From the NCBI GenBank assembly GCA_050331735.1, contig JBHJGN010000048.1, positions 1-64,000 of the forward strand: a stretch of 64,000 nucleotides of DNA. The letters are read 5' to 3'. The DNA comes from Cyanophyceae cyanobacterium. GTDB lineage: Bacteria > Cyanobacteriota > Cyanobacteriia > Cyanobacteriales > JBHJGN01. The position numbers and the translations under genes were made by a program. This document shows, in pieces, positions 18,595 to 28,638 of this stretch. How positions within the stretch are numbered: the stretch's first letter is position 1; each line of letters opens with the position of its first letter. Under the pieces are notes generated by a model. The model was not told the DNA's origin, made no database searches, and was given only the letters and a program-made list of their open reading frames with translations.

Positions 18595-19743
18595 ATGAAA
18601 ATTCCCCTCGCTTGGTTACAGCTAACTCACGAAAAAATTCGCCTGCTGGTAGCTTTGGCCGGCATTGGCTTTGCGGATATGCTCATGTTTATGCAGTTGG
18701 GCTTTCGGCAGGCGCTGTTTCAAAGCAACGTCACCCTCCACGAGAGTCTTCAAGGCGATGTTTTTCTGATCAGTCCACAGTCGGATGCATTGATTAGTTT
18801 GAAAACCTTCTCTCGACGGCGCTTGTACGAATCTTTAGCTGTCGAGGGAGTTGCTGATGCGGCTCCCCTGTACGTAGGGTTTGCGTTTTGGAAAAACCCC
18901 GTCGAACGCACGACCCGCAAACTGATGGTGTTAGGAGTTAATCCTGCCGATGACCTGTTCAATTTACCTCGCCTGCAGGAAAATATTGACCAAATCAAAC
19001 TCCAGGATGTGGTTCTATACGATGACCAGTCAAGACCTGAATACGGACCCGTTGCTGAACAAGTGATCTTAGGAAAAACGGTCGAAACCGAACTGGAATC
19101 TCGCAACATTCGCGTTGGGGGGTTGTTTTCCTTGGGGGCTTCTTTTGCCGCCGATGGCAACGTCATTACCAGCGATGTTAACTTTGTCCGGATTTTTTCA
19201 GGGCGAGAACCCGGATTAATTGATATTGGTGTTCTTCAGCTAGAGCCAACTGCCGACCTGGACGCTGTTTTGGCCAGCTTGAAAGCAAAGCTTCCTAAGG
19301 ATGTGCTGGTGCTCTCTAAAGCAGAGTTTATTCAGTACGAAAAAGATTACTGGTCAACGAGTACGCCCATCGGCTTTATCTTCGCCCTCGGGACGGGGAT
19401 GGGGTTTATTGTTGGTACGGTGATTGTCTATCAAATTCTGTATACAGACGTGGCCGATCATCTGCCGGAATACGCGACGCTCAAAGCCCTTGGATATAGA
19501 GATATTTATTTTGTGAAAGTGGTGTTTCAGGAAGCGGTTCTGCTGGCAGCGGTGGGCTACATTCCTGGTTTTTTAGTAGCGAGCGGTTTGTATGTGCTGA
19601 CAGCAGGAGCCACTAATTTACCGATCGCCATGACAATCTCCCGTGCTGTCACGGTACTGATATTAACGATCGTGATGTGCTGTTTTTCGGGAGGAGTGGC
19701 CGTGCGGAAACTGAGAGCCGCCGATCCGGCTGATATTTTCTAG
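18595..19743 (+). CDS. devC: DevC-family ABC transporter permease
   Basis: IPLAWLQL, LMFMQLGF, VIVYQILYTDVADHLPEYATLKA, KLRAADPADIF. Confidence 0.93.
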   Translation: MKIPLAWLQLTHEKIRLLVALAGIGFADMLMFMQLGFRQALFQSNVTLHESLQGDVFLISPQSDALISLKTFSRRRLYESLAVEGVADAAPLYVGFAFWKNPVERTTRKLMVLGVNPADDLFNLPRLQENIDQIKLQDVVLYDDQSRPEYGPVAEQVILGKTVETELESRNIRVGGLFSLGASFAADGNVITSDVNFVRIFSGREPGLIDIGVLQLEPTADLDAVLASLKAKLPKDVLVLSKAEFIQYEKDYWSTSTPIGFIFALGTGMGFIVGTVIVYQILYTDVADHLPEYATLKALGYRDIYFVKVVFQEAVLLAAVGYIPGFLVASGLYVLTAGATNLPIAMTISRAVTVLILTIVMCCFSGGVAVRKLRAADPADIF

Positions 19744-19753
19744 AGGATGCACG

Positions 19754-20446
19754 ATGACTAATGTAGAGTCGGTAGCGATTGAAAACCTCAATCACTTTTA
19801 CGGTCAGGGGGAGTTAAAAAAGCAAATTTTGTTCGCTATTAGCTTGACCATCCACCCAGGGGAAGTCGTGATTTTGAAGGGGCCTTCAGGCTCAGGAAAA
19901 ACTACTCTGCTCACGCTGATGGGCGGATTGCGTTCGGCTCAGTCGGGAAGTCTGAAAGTGTTCGGTCAGGAATTAGTGGGGGCTAAGCCAGGGAAACTAG
20001 TGCAGGTCCGTCGCAATATCGGCTATATTTTTCAGGCCCACAATTTACTCTCATCGCTGACGGCGCGGCAGAATGTCCAGATGTCGCTCGAGCTCCACCC
20101 GGAGATTTCATCCCGAGAAGCGATCGCCCAGTCGGTTGCCATGCTCGAAGCTGTCGGTCTAGGAGACAAAATCAACTACTACCCCGATAGCCTCTCGGGA
20201 GGACAGAAACAGCGCGTGGCGATCGCGCGGGCATTAGTCAGCCATCCAAAAATGATCCTAGCAGATGAACCGACAGCGGCTCTCGACAGTCACTCTGGGC
20301 GAACTGTCGTAGAGCTAATGGAGAAGCTGGCTCAAGAACAGGGCTGTACCATCCTCATCGTCACCCATGACAACCGCATTCTCGACACCGCCGACCGCCT
20401 GATCGAGCTTGAAGACGGTCATCTAACGAAACCGCTGGCGGTTTAA
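19754..20446 (+). CDS. devA: DevA-family ABC transporter ATP-binding protein
   Basis: [39 protein letters not shown]. Confidence 0.93.
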   Translation: MTNVESVAIENLNHFYGQGELKKQILFAISLTIHPGEVVILKGPSGSGKTTLLTLMGGLRSAQSGSLKVFGQELVGAKPGKLVQVRRNIGYIFQAHNLLSSLTARQNVQMSLELHPEISSREAIAQSVAMLEAVGLGDKINYYPDSLSGGQKQRVAIARALVSHPKMILADEPTAALDSHSGRTVVELMEKLAQEQGCTILIVTHDNRILDTADRLIELEDGHLTKPLAV

Positions 20447-20601
20447 GTCCGGTGCGGGACAGGGCAAGAACCCAGAACTGAAGAAACAAAAAGAACGAAG
20501 CCTGGATAACTAGGATAGGAACCCAGGGTCAAGCTTGGCAACCGCCGTTGCCTCTGTCTTACCCTTGAGCAAGACAATCGCTTTTTCCCACGCCTCTGGC
20601 G
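20447..20601. repeat. Degenerate mosaic repeat filling the convergent intergenic space
   Basis: GTCCGGTGCGGGAC-AGGGCAAGAACCCAGAACTGAAGAAACAA ... TTTTTCCC-ACGCCTCTGGCGC; abuts both stop codons. Confidence 0.6.
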
Positions 20602-21180
20602 CTATGAGGCATCTTCCCATTCCGCCGAAAGAGTACGGTAGTCAAGTGCTCTGGCTCCTGGATGGCAGTTGATGCAGGTTTGATGAGTGGCTGGCTCAGG
20701 CATCTCGACCCGGGGATGCAGCGCTTTAAAGTATTGGGATTGGCGCACATAGTCGGGAACTGAGCGATTGGGAGGCAGAGGACGGGAAAAGGTTCTGAGA
20801 TAGTCCCACATCAAGAGAACAAACGGACCTAAAATTGGCGGTAAACTTTGACCGTAGTGACTCTGGGGATTTTCTAAAATTTGCTCCCAGGTTTCGGTGG
20901 GTAAAACGCCTGGCGGAATCGGAATGTGGCAGCTCGCGCAGTTTTCTAGGTAGAGCGCTCGCCCTTGGCGAAGGTTGTCTGGGGGAGCGGTTGCCCCGGC
21001 TTGACTTAGATAGAAAGCGGCTGTTGGCTCCTGAATTGTCGTTGCTGAATTTGTTGATGAATCGAAGGCGAGCGCCATTCCCCCGCCTAGTAACAGACTC
21101 CAGGCGAGCGCCACTCCGACGACAGCTAGACGAGGACAGCATCGCTCCCCAAATCTCTTAAAAGGTCCACAATGACTCAT
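20602..21180 (-). CDS. Dihaem cytochrome c family protein
   Basis: Two CxxCH motifs (CASCH, CINCH), LP..TW..IL....HYG; N-terminal signal or TM segment. Confidence 0.85.
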   Translation of the reverse strand: MSHCGPFKRFGERCCPRLAVVGVALAWSLLLGGGMALAFDSSTNSATTIQEPTAAFYLSQAGATAPPDNLRQGRALYLENCASCHIPIPPGVLPTETWEQILENPQSHYGQSLPPILGPFVLLMWDYLRTFSRPLPPNRSVPDYVRQSQYFKALHPRVEMPEPATHQTCINCHPGARALDYRTLSAEWEDAS

Positions 21181-22097
21181 GAAAGAACTCGTTCTCCTTT
21201 TTCTACCGGAACTGAACGCAGCAGCCTCTGCACAATGGATGGCGCTGACCGTCCCCCTGCCGTTACCAGACGATGGCAGAGGACATAAGGTGCCAAAAAC
21301 TTGACATCATCAGGAATAGCATAGGTTCTTCCCTGCAAAAAGGCTAGCGATCGCGTGGCCCGCTGAAGAACAACCGCGCCTCTCGGACTGACCCCAAGGG
21401 TCACCTCGTCATCGCTGCGAGTGGCCCGCACTAAATCGACGATGTATTGCTGTAGTTCCGGTGTTACTTTCGTTTGACTGGCAAGGCGCTGGAGTTCGAG
21501 GAGATCGGCTACCGTTAGACACGGCTCCAACGGCTTTGAAACCCGGTGCTGCCGCTGAAGCATTTGGAGTTCTTCGTGTTCAGACGGATAGCCTAGGCTT
21601 AACGACAGCATAAAGCGGTCCATCTGCGCTTCGGGGAGAGGAAAGGTTCCCTGGTACTCAATCGGATTTTGGGTAGCGATCGTAAAAAAGGGTTGCGGAA
21701 CGACACGAGACTCTCCATCTACCGTCACCTGCTGCTCCTCCATGACTTCTAGAAGCGCTGCCTGAGTTCGCGGAGTGGCTCGATTGATTTCGTCAGCCAG
21801 CAAAATGTTAGTAAAAACTGGACCGGAAATAAATTCAAACGTGCGCGTACCGGGATGCCAGATATTCGTTCCGGTGATGTCTGTAGGCAACAGATCGGGA
21901 GTACACTGAATGCGCTGAAACTTGCCGTTAATGGAGGCTGCTAAAGATTTAGCCAGCAGCGTTTTACCCACTCCCGGAACGTCTTCTAAAAGGACGTGTC
22001 CTTTGCTCAGCAGCGCCACTAACAAAAGCTGAATGGTTTCGGTTTTACCGACAATCACCCGACTGAGATTTTCAGTTAGCCTATCAAGATGTTTCAT
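21177..22097 (-). CDS. moxR: MoxR family AAA+ ATPase
   Basis: HVLLEDVPGVGKT, RIQCTPDLLPTD, LADEINRA, ATQNPIE, LPEAQMDRF. Confidence 0.93.
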   Translation of the reverse strand: MKHLDRLTENLSRVIVGKTETIQLLLVALLSKGHVLLEDVPGVGKTLLAKSLAASINGKFQRIQCTPDLLPTDITGTNIWHPGTRTFEFISGPVFTNILLADEINRATPRTQAALLEVMEEQQVTVDGESRVVPQPFFTIATQNPIEYQGTFPLPEAQMDRFMLSLSLGYPSEHEELQMLQRQHRVSKPLEPCLTVADLLELQRLASQTKVTPELQQYIVDLVRATRSDDEVTLGVSPRGAVVLQRATRSLAFLQGRTYAIPDDVKFLAPYVLCHRLVTAGGRSAPSIVQRLLRSVPVEKGERVLS

Positions 22098-22175
22098 GGT
22101 TGACGAGGAAGTAAAGGAGGACTAAAGGGGATTCAGTCCTTTCAAGCATTCCCGAACAATGGACTGATGCGATCT

Positions 22176-23108
22176 TTAACCCAAATTTTCTCTTGCTGCT
22201 TGGCAGTCGCGAGCAATTTGGGTCTTCAGAGCTTCTAGAGAAGGAAATTTCTGTTCGGGTCGGAGGAATTTTTCCAGGCAGATTCTTAAGGAACGACCGT
22301 ATAAATTTCCTGACCAGTTCAATAAATGAACTTCAGCCGTTGGAGACGTTCCTTGCACCGTGGGACGACGACCTAAATTCATTACGCCATTGAGAGGAGA
22401 AGCGAAACTGGTTTCTGGCGGTCCTTCTAAAAAAACTCGCACTCCATAAACGCCAAAGCGGGGCAAAAACTTCTCGGTCGGCAGCGCTACATTCGCTGTG
22501 GGAAAGCCAATGGTTCTGCCGAGCTTTTGCCCAGGAACAACGGTTCCAGCTAGGCTATACGGTCTACCCAACATTTGGTTAGCCGTTGCTAGCTCTCCCT
22601 GTTCGAGGGCTTGACGAATCAAAGAACTGCTAATCCGTACCTGGCTAGAGGGCTCTAAGCAGTGCAGGGAAGTAATTTGGACCTCAACTCCATACTGGGC
22701 GGCGATCGCTTTTAAATCGATGGCGGTTCCGGCTCGCTGGCTGCCAAAGCGAAAATCCTCTCCCACGCTGATGGCGAGGGTCTGAAGCTGCCTAATTAAA
22801 ATTTCTTCGACAAACTGCTGCGGACTTAACGCCGCCAGTTCTCGGTTAAACGGCAGCAGAACAAGCTGATTCATTCCGAGCTTCTCTAGCAGGCGAACCT
22901 TTTCTGGAAGAGGCGTGAGTAGTTTTCTCCGCTGACCCGAGAAAAATTCCCGCGGATGGGGACTAAAGGTAACAACCGTTGCCTGTCCTGGAGACGGATG
23001 CAAAATTGGCTCCAATACGCGGCAGTGCCCTCTGTGAATACCGTCAAAGTTCCCGAGGGCAACGCAATTTGGCTTTAAAGCGTTAGCAGTTGATGAAGTA
23101 ACCCACAC
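22176..23108 (-). CDS. ribF: Bifunctional riboflavin kinase/FAD synthetase
   Basis: GNFDGIHRGH, GEDFRFG, ISSSLIR, GRTIGFPTAN. Confidence 0.95.
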   Translation of the reverse strand: MWVTSSTANALKPNCVALGNFDGIHRGHCRVLEPILHPSPGQATVVTFSPHPREFFSGQRRKLLTPLPEKVRLLEKLGMNQLVLLPFNRELAALSPQQFVEEILIRQLQTLAISVGEDFRFGSQRAGTAIDLKAIAAQYGVEVQITSLHCLEPSSQVRISSSLIRQALEQGELATANQMLGRPYSLAGTVVPGQKLGRTIGFPTANVALPTEKFLPRFGVYGVRVFLEGPPETSFASPLNGVMNLGRRPTVQGTSPTAEVHLLNWSGNLYGRSLRICLEKFLRPEQKFPSLEALKTQIARDCQAARENLG

Positions 23109-23441
23109 GCTTTACATTTTTACACATTAATGAGGAATGGCAAATAGGTGACTAAGCTGTTAGCGATGAGCTAATTGACTAATGAGAATCATAAATTTAG
23201 CTAAAAGTCTTCTTAAAGCTGAGAGCTAATGGCTAGTGGCTGCGATTGAGCTAATGTGCCACTGAGCTTTTTAAGACAGAATTTGAGGCGCTGTTGTAAC
23301 ACTTAACAACAATCAGGTTAACCGCTTTCCCAGACGTTGATAGACTATATACCTAGCCTAGATAGCCTAGGTAATTGGCGAGTCACTGTCAATAGCTACT
23401 TCACGTCAGAAATTGCCGTCCAAAAAAGCAACGATAAAAAC

Positions 23442-24518
23442 ATGGTAGATACCCTTAAAAAACCAGACTTTGAAGAGATCCGCCCCGGAGTCAAAGCGCC
23501 AGCCAAAGAGACGATTTTGACTCCTCGGTTCTACACAACGGATTTTGAAGAGATGGCGAAGATGGATCTCTCGCCGAATGAGGAGGAGATCGCCGCTCTT
23601 TTAGAGGAGTTTCGTGCTGACTACAATCGCCATCATTTCGTGCGGGATCAAGAATTTAATCAGTCTTGGGAACAAATAGATGGAGAGACTCGCCGCCTAT
23701 TTGTCGAATTTTTAGAGCGCTCCTGTACCGCAGAATTTTCTGGGTTTCTCCTGTACAAAGAACTAGGACGAAGACTGAAAAATACAAACCCGATGCTGGC
23801 AGAGTGTTTTACGCTCATGTCTCGGGATGAAGCGCGTCATGCTGGTTTTCTCAATAAAGCGCTGTCGGACTTTAACCTGTCCCTGGATCTGGGCTTTTTA
23901 ACGAAGAGCCGTAAATATACCTTCTTCAAGCCAAAGTTTATCTTCTACGCCACCTATCTTTCTGAGAAAATTGGTTACTGGCGCTACATTAAAATCTATC
24001 GTCATCTAGAAGCGCATCCAGAAGACAGAATCTATCCGATCTTTCGCTTTTTCGAGAACTGGTGCCAAGACGAGAACCGTCACGGAGATTTCTTTGACGC
24101 TATCATGCGATCGCAGCCCCAGTTCCTTAATGACTGGAAAGCCAAACTGTGGTGCCGCTTCTTTCTGCTGTCGGTATTTGCTACGATGTATCTCAACGAT
24201 ATTCAGCGCTCTGGTTTCTATGCGTCCATTGGCTTGGATGCTCGCGAATACGATAAAGACGTGATTGACAAAACCAACGAAACCGCTGGACGAGTGTTTC
24301 CCGTTATTTTGGATGTAGAGAACCCAGCGTTTTACGGACGCTTAGAAGCCTGCGTCAGCAATAACGAGAAGCTCAGAGAGATTGATAGTTCAACGCAGCC
24401 GCAGGTGTTCAAGTTCCTTCGCAAGCTGCCTCTTTATGCAGCCAACGGCTGGCAGTTCGTCCGCCTCTATCTCCAGAAGCCCATTCGGGTCGATCAGTTA
24501 GCGGGAACGGTTCGCTAG
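23442..24518 (+). CDS. acsF: Mg-protoporphyrin IX monomethyl ester oxidative cyclase
   Basis: [40 protein letters not shown]; start set at MVDTLKK. Confidence 0.96.
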   Translation: MVDTLKKPDFEEIRPGVKAPAKETILTPRFYTTDFEEMAKMDLSPNEEEIAALLEEFRADYNRHHFVRDQEFNQSWEQIDGETRRLFVEFLERSCTAEFSGFLLYKELGRRLKNTNPMLAECFTLMSRDEARHAGFLNKALSDFNLSLDLGFLTKSRKYTFFKPKFIFYATYLSEKIGYWRYIKIYRHLEAHPEDRIYPIFRFFENWCQDENRHGDFFDAIMRSQPQFLNDWKAKLWCRFFLLSVFATMYLNDIQRSGFYASIGLDAREYDKDVIDKTNETAGRVFPVILDVENPAFYGRLEACVSNNEKLREIDSSTQPQVFKFLRKLPLYAANGWQFVRLYLQKPIRVDQLAGTVR

Positions 24519-24799
24519 CGCCGTAGGTGCGGAGAAAAAGGGAAGCGCCGCAGGCGCAGGGAAAGAAGTTGCTCCGCAACGGGAAAAGGGGAAGCGCCGT
24601 AGGCGCGGGGAAAAGGGCAAGGAGGAAGGGAGAAAGGACTTGACAGTTAACAGTTAACAGTTATCAAATCAGCTAGTTAGTTTGGTCACTGATCACTGTT
24701 CACTATTTCCCCTTTCCCCGTCCCGCCAGGGACAAATGTCCCTTTCCCCCTTCCCCGTTCCGGAGGAACTATTTCCCCCTTCCCCGTCCCGCACCGGAC
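24518..24799. repeat. Mosaic repeat with a nested CAGTTA/CACTG heptamer element
   Basis: Hairpins GCGCC-N3-GGYGC x3, GTTGCTCCGCAAC, GTCCCGCCAGGGAC, GTTCCGGAGGAAC and GTCCCGCACCGGAC; centre ACAGTTAACAGTTAACAGTTATCAAATCAGCTAGTTAGTTTGGTCACTGATCACTG; overlaps the acsF stop codon. Confidence 0.85.
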
Positions 24800-24821
24800 A
24801 TTCATTGATGAGCAGGCAGAA

Positions 24822-25496
24822 TTGAACACCCGAAGTTGGCTGTGGGGTGGAGTGCTCAGTTTACTCCCCGGATTGTGTGGTGCGAGTGAACCGCCTATTG
24901 ACGGACAGCACCAGCCTAGCGCTCCCCCTCAAATTGATCTCGATCTAGAGGAAGAAAGTCCGGTGTTGCAGCGTTGGCTCGAAGAAGTGCCCAACGTATT
25001 AGAAGACATTCGCAACGATCCAAGCTTTCGGACTCGTCTGCGCCTGGGCGTCTTTGAGAGCGAAGGAGTGCATGTTAGCCTCGAAGATCTGTTCCTTGGT
25101 CGAACGGGGCTAGCCATTGGAGCAGATTATCGGGGGATTGGGGGCGATCGCTCGACTGCTGGAGGCAATTTCCGCTACTATGTCTTTCCTTTAGGTAGCT
25201 ATATCAATCTGGCTCCAGTATTGGGCTACCGCTACATTGAACACCACGACACCTCCACTGACGGAATTGAACTGGGAGCCAGATTAATGCTGGCGCTGTC
25301 TCGGTCTGGGGCTGCCGACATTGCGTTAACGCAAAGCTTTGTGGCTCCGGGTACAGAGAGCGAAGTCGGCATCACCGCGATTGCTGTTGGCTATGCGGTA
25401 ACGTCTCATTGGCGGTTATCGACGGACATTCAAGTTCAAAACTCTGGAAAAGACCATGACAGCCGCTTTGGAGTGGGAATAGAGTGGATGCCCTGA
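24822..25496 (+). CDS. Hypothetical protein, possible outer-membrane beta-barrel
   Basis: Signal-like N-terminus; alternating-pattern beta-strands; aromatic-containing end FGVGIEWMP. Confidence 0.6.
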   Translation: MNTRSWLWGGVLSLLPGLCGASEPPIDGQHQPSAPPQIDLDLEEESPVLQRWLEEVPNVLEDIRNDPSFRTRLRLGVFESEGVHVSLEDLFLGRTGLAIGADYRGIGGDRSTAGGNFRYYVFPLGSYINLAPVLGYRYIEHHDTSTDGIELGARLMLALSRSGAADIALTQSFVAPGTESEVGITAIAVGYAVTSHWRLSTDIQVQNSGKDHDSRFGVGIEWMP

Positions 25497-25779
25497 CGGA
25501 AACCCAACGCTTGGCTGAAGCGCTAGGGGCCAAATAGTCATTGATTGCAATGGTCGTTAGTAGGGCACTCAAGCTCAAGTGAGGCGATCGCCTCAGCAAA
25601 CTAACGTAGTCTTTAAAAGTAAATTCTAGGACCATTGCCACTGCACCTGTTATGGGTGAATCACACAAGATTAAGCGGCTGCATTTTACTCAAGTCTCCG
25701 TGTAATCTAGTCAACAAGAATTCACTGAAACCTCTATCTACGCCGCATAATAAGAAGAGAATGTATCTATGCAATGACT

Positions 25780-26064
25780 ATGCCAAAAGCAATTTGGAAC
25801 GGCACCGTTCTAGCCGAAAGCGACAACTGCGAAGTAGTGGAAGGAAATCAGTACTTTCCCCCAGATTCAATCAAGAAAGAGTACTTTAAGGAAAGCAGTA
25901 AACATACTTTCTGCCCTTGGAAAGGAGAAGCGAGCTACTATAGCTTGGAGGTAGACGGACAAAAGAATCAGGATGCTGCCTGGTATTACCCCAACCCCAA
26001 GGAAAAGGCGCAGACCATTAAAGACTACGTTGCCTTTTGGAAAGGAGTCAAAGTAGAAAGCTAG
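25780..26064 (+). CDS. DUF427 family protein
   Basis: AIWNGTVLAES, VEGNQYFP, CPWKGEASYY, AAWYYP (alternative start 25774). Confidence 0.9.
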   Translation: MPKAIWNGTVLAESDNCEVVEGNQYFPPDSIKKEYFKESSKHTFCPWKGEASYYSLEVDGQKNQDAAWYYPNPKEKAQTIKDYVAFWKGVKVES

Positions 26065-26269
26065 TTGGTCCGAATCAAACAATGACCGAGGAGCGCTCGC
26101 TCCTCATCTTAACGTTTAGGTAGGACGATCGCTTTTTCCTCCGTTGCCCCTTGCTGCTATGAGCGATTGCAACCTAATTTTAGGATCTAGTTGCCCAGCA
26201 ACCGTTTTCTGAAGCTGATTTCTTGGCCTCCTGCCCGACAGAGACAAGAAACACGTTAATATGAGAAAA

Positions 26270-26287
26270 GGTGTAAAGAAATGTAAA
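26270..26287 (-). promoter_or_regulatory. HLR1-like (RpaB) direct repeat upstream of crtD
   Basis: Minus strand reads TTTACATT-TC-TTTACACC, versus consensus (G/T)TTACA(T/A)(T/A)-N2-repeat. Confidence 0.45.
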
Positions 26288-26294
26288 AATATTG

Positions 26295-27803
26295 ATGGCG
26301 AATCAGGGCAACGGTCCCCGTGTGGTAGTTGTCGGGGCCGGAATTGGCGGACTAACGGCTGGTGCTTTATTAGCGCGTCGAGGCTATCGAGTTATCATTT
26401 TCGATCAAGCTTTAGTGCCGGGGGGCTGTGCTTCTACCTTTAAGCGTCGCGGCTTCACGTTCGACGTTGGGGCCACTCAGGTAGCCGGGTTAGAACCGGG
26501 AGGAATCCATCGACGGATCTTTGATGAATTAGAGGTAAAACTGCCGAAGGCGACTCCTTGCGATCCGGCCTGTGCCGTTTATTTACCGGGAGAAACGGAC
26601 CCCATCAACGTCTGGCGCGATCCGCAGAAATGGGCAGCCGAGAGACAAAGACAGTTCCCCGGTAGTGAACCATTCTGGAAACTAATGCGCTCGCTGTTTC
26701 GTGCGAGCTGGCGGTTTCAAAGCCGCGATCCGGTGTTGCCTCCCCGCAACCTCTGGGATTTGTGGCAGCTTACCTCCGCCGTTCGTCCCGATACCTTAAT
26801 CACTCTTCCTTTTGCCCTGCTGACCGTCAGTGATGCCCTCCGTCTTTACGGACTGCGCGAAGAGCGGCGTTTGAAAACGTTTTTGGATATGCAGTTGAAG
26901 CTGTATTCCCAGGTTGATGCCGATGAAACGGCCCTTCTCTATGCCGCCACGGCACTAGCTGTCTCTCAAGACCCCCAAGGACTTTCGCATCTCCAAGGCA
27001 GTATGCAGGCGTTGAGCGATCGCCTCGTACAAGCCCTCGAAACGTACGGCGGCAAGCTACTGATGCGCCATACGGTCGAAAACATTCACGTTGATGCTGG
27101 ACGAGTGACCAGAGTGACCGTTTGTAGCCCGAACGGAGAAAGCTGGCTAGAACCAGCCGATGAGGTTGTCGCCAATGTTACTGTGCAAAATCTCAGCAAG
27201 CTGATGGCCAACCAAACGTCTTATCCATTCTGGCAGCAACGCATTGATCAATTACCAGAACCGTCAGGAGCGTTTGTGGTGTACCTCGGCGTTGAACGCA
27301 GCGCCATTCCTGATGGCTGTCCCCCCCATCTTCAGTTTCTCTACGATGGCAATGGACCGATTGGCGAAAACAATTCGCTGTTTGTTTCAGTGAGTCAACC
27401 CGGTGATGGACGCGCACCCGCAGGAAAAGCTACGATTATTGCCTCTTCGTTTACCGATGCTCGTCAGTGGTGGCAAGCAGGATATCAAGATCTTAAGGAC
27501 AAGTGGACGACTGAGGCGATCGCTCGTTTGGGAGAATATTTTGATCTTACTTCCCAAACAATTGTTCATCAGGAAGCGGCCACTCCGCGCACCTTTGCGC
27601 GGTTTACAGCGCGAGCTAACGGCATTGTTGGCGGCGTTGGTCAACGAATCCCCACTTTCGGTCCCTTTGGTATCGCAACTCGTACCCCCGTTAAACACCT
27701 TTGGCTGGTGGGCGATTCTACTCATCCAGGAGAAGGAACGGCGGGGGTTAGTTATTCAGCTTGGACGGCTGTACGCCAGATTGAAGCGGGGAGACAACTT
27801 TAA
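26295..27803 (+). CDS. crtD: Carotenoid C-3',4' desaturase (cyanobacterial CrtD)
   Basis: VVVGAGIGGL FAD motif, PGGCASTFKRRGFTFDVGATQVAGLEPGGIH, GDSTHPGEGTAGVSYSA. Confidence 0.88.
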   Translation: MANQGNGPRVVVVGAGIGGLTAGALLARRGYRVIIFDQALVPGGCASTFKRRGFTFDVGATQVAGLEPGGIHRRIFDELEVKLPKATPCDPACAVYLPGETDPINVWRDPQKWAAERQRQFPGSEPFWKLMRSLFRASWRFQSRDPVLPPRNLWDLWQLTSAVRPDTLITLPFALLTVSDALRLYGLREERRLKTFLDMQLKLYSQVDADETALLYAATALAVSQDPQGLSHLQGSMQALSDRLVQALETYGGKLLMRHTVENIHVDAGRVTRVTVCSPNGESWLEPADEVVANVTVQNLSKLMANQTSYPFWQQRIDQLPEPSGAFVVYLGVERSAIPDGCPPHLQFLYDGNGPIGENNSLFVSVSQPGDGRAPAGKATIIASSFTDARQWWQAGYQDLKDKWTTEAIARLGEYFDLTSQTIVHQEAATPRTFARFTARANGIVGGVGQRIPTFGPFGIATRTPVKHLWLVGDSTHPGEGTAGVSYSAWTAVRQIEAGRQL

Positions 27804-27864
27804 TAATTGTTAATGTCAAGCTAAAATCGACAAAGAAGCAATTTTAATTAGGCAACGTATCTCT

Positions 27865-28122
27865 ATGGCCACCGAACTGTTAACTCAAAGTTTAGCTAAC
27901 TTTATTAACATCTACTTACTGCTCATTTTTGTGCGGATTTTGTTGAGCTGGTTTCAAACGGCGGAATGGGCCTACAAAGCAATGGCTCTAGTCAGCCCGA
28001 TAACCGATCCTTATCTCAACATCTTCCGCTCCTTCATTCCACCTCTAGGAGGGCTTGACTTGTCCCCGATTTTGGCAATCATTGTGTTGAACGTGGTTGC
28101 TTCCCTATTGACCAGTATTTAA
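27865..28122 (+). CDS. YggT/YlmG (Ycf19) family membrane protein
   Basis: RILLSWF, ITDPYLNIFRSFIPPLGGLDLSPILA. Confidence 0.92.
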   Translation: MATELLTQSLANFINIYLLLIFVRILLSWFQTAEWAYKAMALVSPITDPYLNIFRSFIPPLGGLDLSPILAIIVLNVVASLLTSI

Positions 28123-28127
28123 AGGGG

Positions 28128-28565
28128 TTAAAAACTTGGTTTAACTCTGCCGACAAAACCAGAAGCTTTAAACTGTTCCAGCTTTAAGGGCGTTGGTTGA
28201 TTAGCAGGAACTGTAATTCTCAGCTCAAAATCACTAACGCCTGGGGGAACTTCGGCAATGGAGCCAACGCGAGTCCGGTTCTGCAATACCGGATTATCGT
28301 TGGCATCGTAGATACGACCGTAAACATCCGCATCGTAAACCGGTTTGCCAGAGGTATTCTTGGCCTTGCCGGATACCAAATAGCAGGTAGCTGGTCTACT
28401 CCCGCCACCACTGGTAACGTTCCCCTCGGCAAATTCAGCCGGACAATCTTGGTAAGACAGGTCGTATAGCTTAATTTGAGTAATGGCCTCTGCTGTTGGG
28501 GTATAAACCCAACTCGTTAGCCACATCAACAGAGAAACGCTAAAAATAGCAAAAGCTCGTAGCAT
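28128..28565 (-). CDS. Conserved exported hypothetical protein (FxLYD-like)
   Basis: Signal peptide, two Cys, DVYGRIYDA, FELRITVP. Confidence 0.65.
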   Translation of the reverse strand: MLRAFAIFSVSLLMWLTSWVYTPTAEAITQIKLYDLSYQDCPAEFAEGNVTSGGGSRPATCYLVSGKAKNTSGKPVYDADVYGRIYDANDNPVLQNRTRVGSIAEVPPGVSDFELRITVPANQPTPLKLEQFKASGFVGRVKPSF

Positions 28566-28638
28566 GGATCGAATGAATGATTGCTCTGCTTTATCAGCTT
28601 AACCCGAATTGCGGCTGAGGAAAAAGAGATTCGTTACA

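Noticed and set aside
23111..23128. Possible HLR1 site between ribF and acsF (TTTACATT-TT-TACACATT)
   Set aside because: The second half-site breaks the TTACA core, and the AT-rich context makes a chance match likely.
23337..23441. N-terminal extensions in the ORF track for acsF (also psb29, mrp, moaE, devB, sodA)
   Set aside because: Family-typical N-termini or RBS positions point to downstream starts.
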